Below, one piece after another: positions 62,092 through 64,000 of a DNA stretch of 64,000 nucleotides. The position numbers and the translations under genes were made by a program. The notes under the pieces were generated by a model, which saw only the letters and a list, made by a program, of their open reading frames with translations, made no database searches and had not been told where the DNA came from. How positions within the stretch are numbered: the first letter of the stretch is position 1; each line of letters starts with the position of its first letter. The DNA comes from a virus. The stretch is taken from IMG/VR virus record IMGVR_UViG_3300010162_000535, positions 12,205 to 76,204 of that record; one strand, 5' to 3'.

Positions 62092-62892
62092 TTATTCCTC
62101 AATTACTTGAAATGCCCAAATTGTATGTGCGCCATTATTACTGTTACCGTTTAACACAACTTCCAATAAATGTTCGTCCGGCCAGAGAATAAAATCACCC
62201 CACTCATCACTAGTTGACTTATTAATGGTGTTAATTTCTCCGATTAAATTACCGCTTGCATAAAATGTCACAGGATTTCCTAAGACTGCATCATGGTTTA
62301 CAAAACCAGCTAATTTAATTGGCTTTGTATTTCGGAGCAAAATAGCTGACGGAGCGTGTGCACTAATAAAATTCCAGCCATTTAAGCTAGCTGGCGGCAC
62401 CACATTCCCCCCATAACCTGTCACTCCATTTAATCCTATTCTACCGTACCCTACCGTGTGCCAGAGGATATTGATGCTGTCATTTATCGGAAGATCAGCT
62501 AAAGCCGTTACTTCAGGCGTAGCCGGTAGCTGAGGTGCTGCATATATAGTCGCCATCACCTCATTATTTGACGTAGTGGCCGGCGGATAAAATTGAGGAA
62601 CTTGTGCCGGCTTATAGGTCGCCCGCTTATTTTCAGCGCAGTCAGTACATGGCTCGCTTGTGACTGTTGCTGTAATTTGCGGCGTAAAAGGCGCTATTAC
62701 TGGATTTCCGCCAGCATCAGTACCCACAAATACCGGGGCAGGCGCGGGCAAAGCTACTGCATTAGACTGCTTCACAAAATATCGGGCATTCAATTGCTGG
62801 CCAGTAGTCGGTCTTTGCACCGACGGCACTTGAGAAAATTGCGCTGCAGCTACAGCGTCAGGAACTAATCTAATTGGCTTAACCATGTGCAT
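62092..62892 (-). CDS. P/T/A-rich linker plus C-terminal NPCBM-like beta-sandwich domain
   Basis: FISAHAPSAILL...VTFYASGNLIGE...HTIWAF; similar to the N-terminal domain of the <1..1218 gene. Confidence 0.55.
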   Translation of the reverse strand: MHMVKPIRLVPDAVAAAQFSQVPSVQRPTTGQQLNARYFVKQSNAVALPAPAPVFVGTDAGGNPVIAPFTPQITATVTSEPCTDCAENKRATYKPAQVPQFYPPATTSNNEVMATIYAAPQLPATPEVTALADLPINDSINILWHTVGYGRIGLNGVTGYGGNVVPPASLNGWNFISAHAPSAILLRNTKPIKLAGFVNHDAVLGNPVTFYASGNLIGEINTINKSTSDEWGDFILWPDEHLLEVVLNGNSNNGAHTIWAFQVIEE

Positions 62893-63704
62893 TAAAGTAT
62901 ATTTATAAAATTATCTAATGGATTCCCCAGACGAAAGGCAGGCGAGCCATGTAAAATACACGCCTCACCTATGTTTAAATGCTGCTCTTTAGCTACACGC
63001 ATTTCTGGCAGCGTAACTAATCGCTGCCCAACATAATTAGCTAATAACCTACACATTATGTCGGGTACGGCAGCCATTTTATTTTTCATTAAAACTATGT
63101 TAGTTAAAGTTTGATCACAGCCTCGGTCAAGAGCTTGCGCGGTTAGCTGACTAAGATGTGTCACCTTCAAATCTTGAATAAAACTTACTTTATCGGTTCT
63201 CCACCTATCATGAGCTAATTTTAGTGCAGCATAATGAGCTTTATAAGCGTCAATATGCCCAACCATTAGCCCCATACAGCAATATCCGGGCGATAATCCG
63301 TCACTTAATTTATGCCCCAATGCTTGGAAGGCGGGCTCATCGTTTGCAACTCCCACACTATAAGGATAATTCCAGTCAGTGGCAGTTAAAAGAGTTTCTT
63401 GCGGAGGATATACTTGCTGTGCCTGCCTAATAAAATCACTAAAAGGCTTAACGCATACTGTGTCCGCCGCATCACACCATACAAGATATTCAATGCCTTG
63501 CTGCTGAAAATAATCTAGCTTGTCTATAACCGCCTTAAACTTTACGTCAAGAAAGCTAGTCCAATTATTTTTGTAATTTAAAAAATGAATCGGATAGCCA
63601 AATTTTCTTGCCGATTTAACAAACTGACCAATAACCGCAAATAAACCCGTATGCGGATACGACGCAGCTGAAAATAATACTGTGTTCTTTTCTGTACAGT
63701 TCAT
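62892..63704 (-). CDS. PLOD-type glycosyltransferase domain protein
   Basis: KSARKFGYPIH...FLDVKF...YLVWCDAADTV...CMGLMVGHI...CDQ...ILHG. Confidence 0.8.
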   Translation of the reverse strand: MNCTEKNTVLFSAASYPHTGLFAVIGQFVKSARKFGYPIHFLNYKNNWTSFLDVKFKAVIDKLDYFQQQGIEYLVWCDAADTVCVKPFSDFIRQAQQVYPPQETLLTATDWNYPYSVGVANDEPAFQALGHKLSDGLSPGYCCMGLMVGHIDAYKAHYAALKLAHDRWRTDKVSFIQDLKVTHLSQLTAQALDRGCDQTLTNIVLMKNKMAAVPDIMCRLLANYVGQRLVTLPEMRVAKEQHLNIGEACILHGSPAFRLGNPLDNFINIL

Positions 63705-63706
63705 AT

Positions 63707-64000
63707 TTAATAATTGTTTTGGTCTTCAGGCTCCTCTACTATTATTGATTTAATAAACGGGAGTATTTCAATAACTCCAACTTCCATTTTTGCAGCCGGC
63801 CACAAAGAACCAGTATATTCTTGTTCGCCAATAAACATCTTAACTAATCCTCCGTGTAATTTAGGCATAAATCTACCCGCCCTGCATCGCTTATCATAAC
63901 AAAGATATACGATAGCCTCGCTTTCAATAACGTGATGATAATACGTGGAAAATTCACCAATTTCCGATACAAACTCTACGGCTATTTCTGGATCTTTTGG
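63707..64000 (-). CDS. C-terminal fragment of a hypothetical protein; start lies beyond the window
   Basis: Hand translation is open from 64000 (PKDPEIAVEF...EEPEDQNNY*) to the TAA at 63707. Confidence 0.7.
   Translation of the reverse strand, partial: PKDPEIAVEFVSEIGEFSTYYHHVIESEAIVYLCYDKRCRAGRFMPKLHGGLVKMFIGEQEYTGSLWPAAKMEVGVIEILPFIKSIIVEEPEDQNNY

Noticed and set aside
3698-63899. Numerous short plus-strand and nested ORFs in the track (e.g. 3698, 4147, 14157, 34816, 47396, 50562, 56529, 60846, 63714)
   Set aside because: They lie wholly within or antisense to longer minus-strand genes with recognisable motifs and have no independent signals.
1-64000. tRNA/rRNA genes, integrase, transposase, major capsid, terminase, sigma or alpha subunit
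   Set aside because: No supporting motifs were seen in this window; they may lie elsewhere in the genome.

Overview
This window is a 64-kb piece of a large tailed-phage (jumbo-type) genome, AT-rich (roughly 35-40% GC by eye). It uses the standard genetic code and almost every gene is on the minus strand. Left to right it holds: (i) putative tail, baseplate and neck genes (about 3.7-12 kb); (ii) a ~24-kb glycan synthesis and decoration cluster (10.2-34.2 kb) with exostosin/GT47, PLOD-type, GT25-like, GT34-like and GT32 glycosyltransferases, three sulfotransferases, two radical SAM enzymes, GDP-fucose synthase, UDP-galactopyranose mutase, a GT-carbamoyltransferase fusion, PnuC and an amidohydrolase; (iii) an array of short genes, most with their own terminator, conserved promoter-like motif and strong SD site (34.7-40.7 kb), including a DHH phosphoesterase and two HNH nucleases; (iv) a bacterial-type two-barrel RNA polymerase in an unusual arrangement, with beta fused to the N-half of beta' (1938 aa) and the C-half of beta' encoded ~10 kb away (1033 aa). 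Both beta' zinc sites are lost and each gene carries a LAGLIDADG intein; (v) Cys-rich and Gly/Ala-rich putative virion proteins between the two RNAP genes; (vi) a ~450-nt highly structured non-coding segment directly upstream of the RNAP gene; (vii) a papain-like protease. DNA-level signals not explained by the ORFs are a 15-bp motif (GGYA-NN-WAW-NNN-TGW, 9-10 copies), five co-oriented copies of the palindrome TCTCGCGCGAGA(A), and strong AGCT enrichment that drops inside the inteins. All family calls come from motifs recognised by eye; no database searches were run. Motif and k-mer counts are hand counts.
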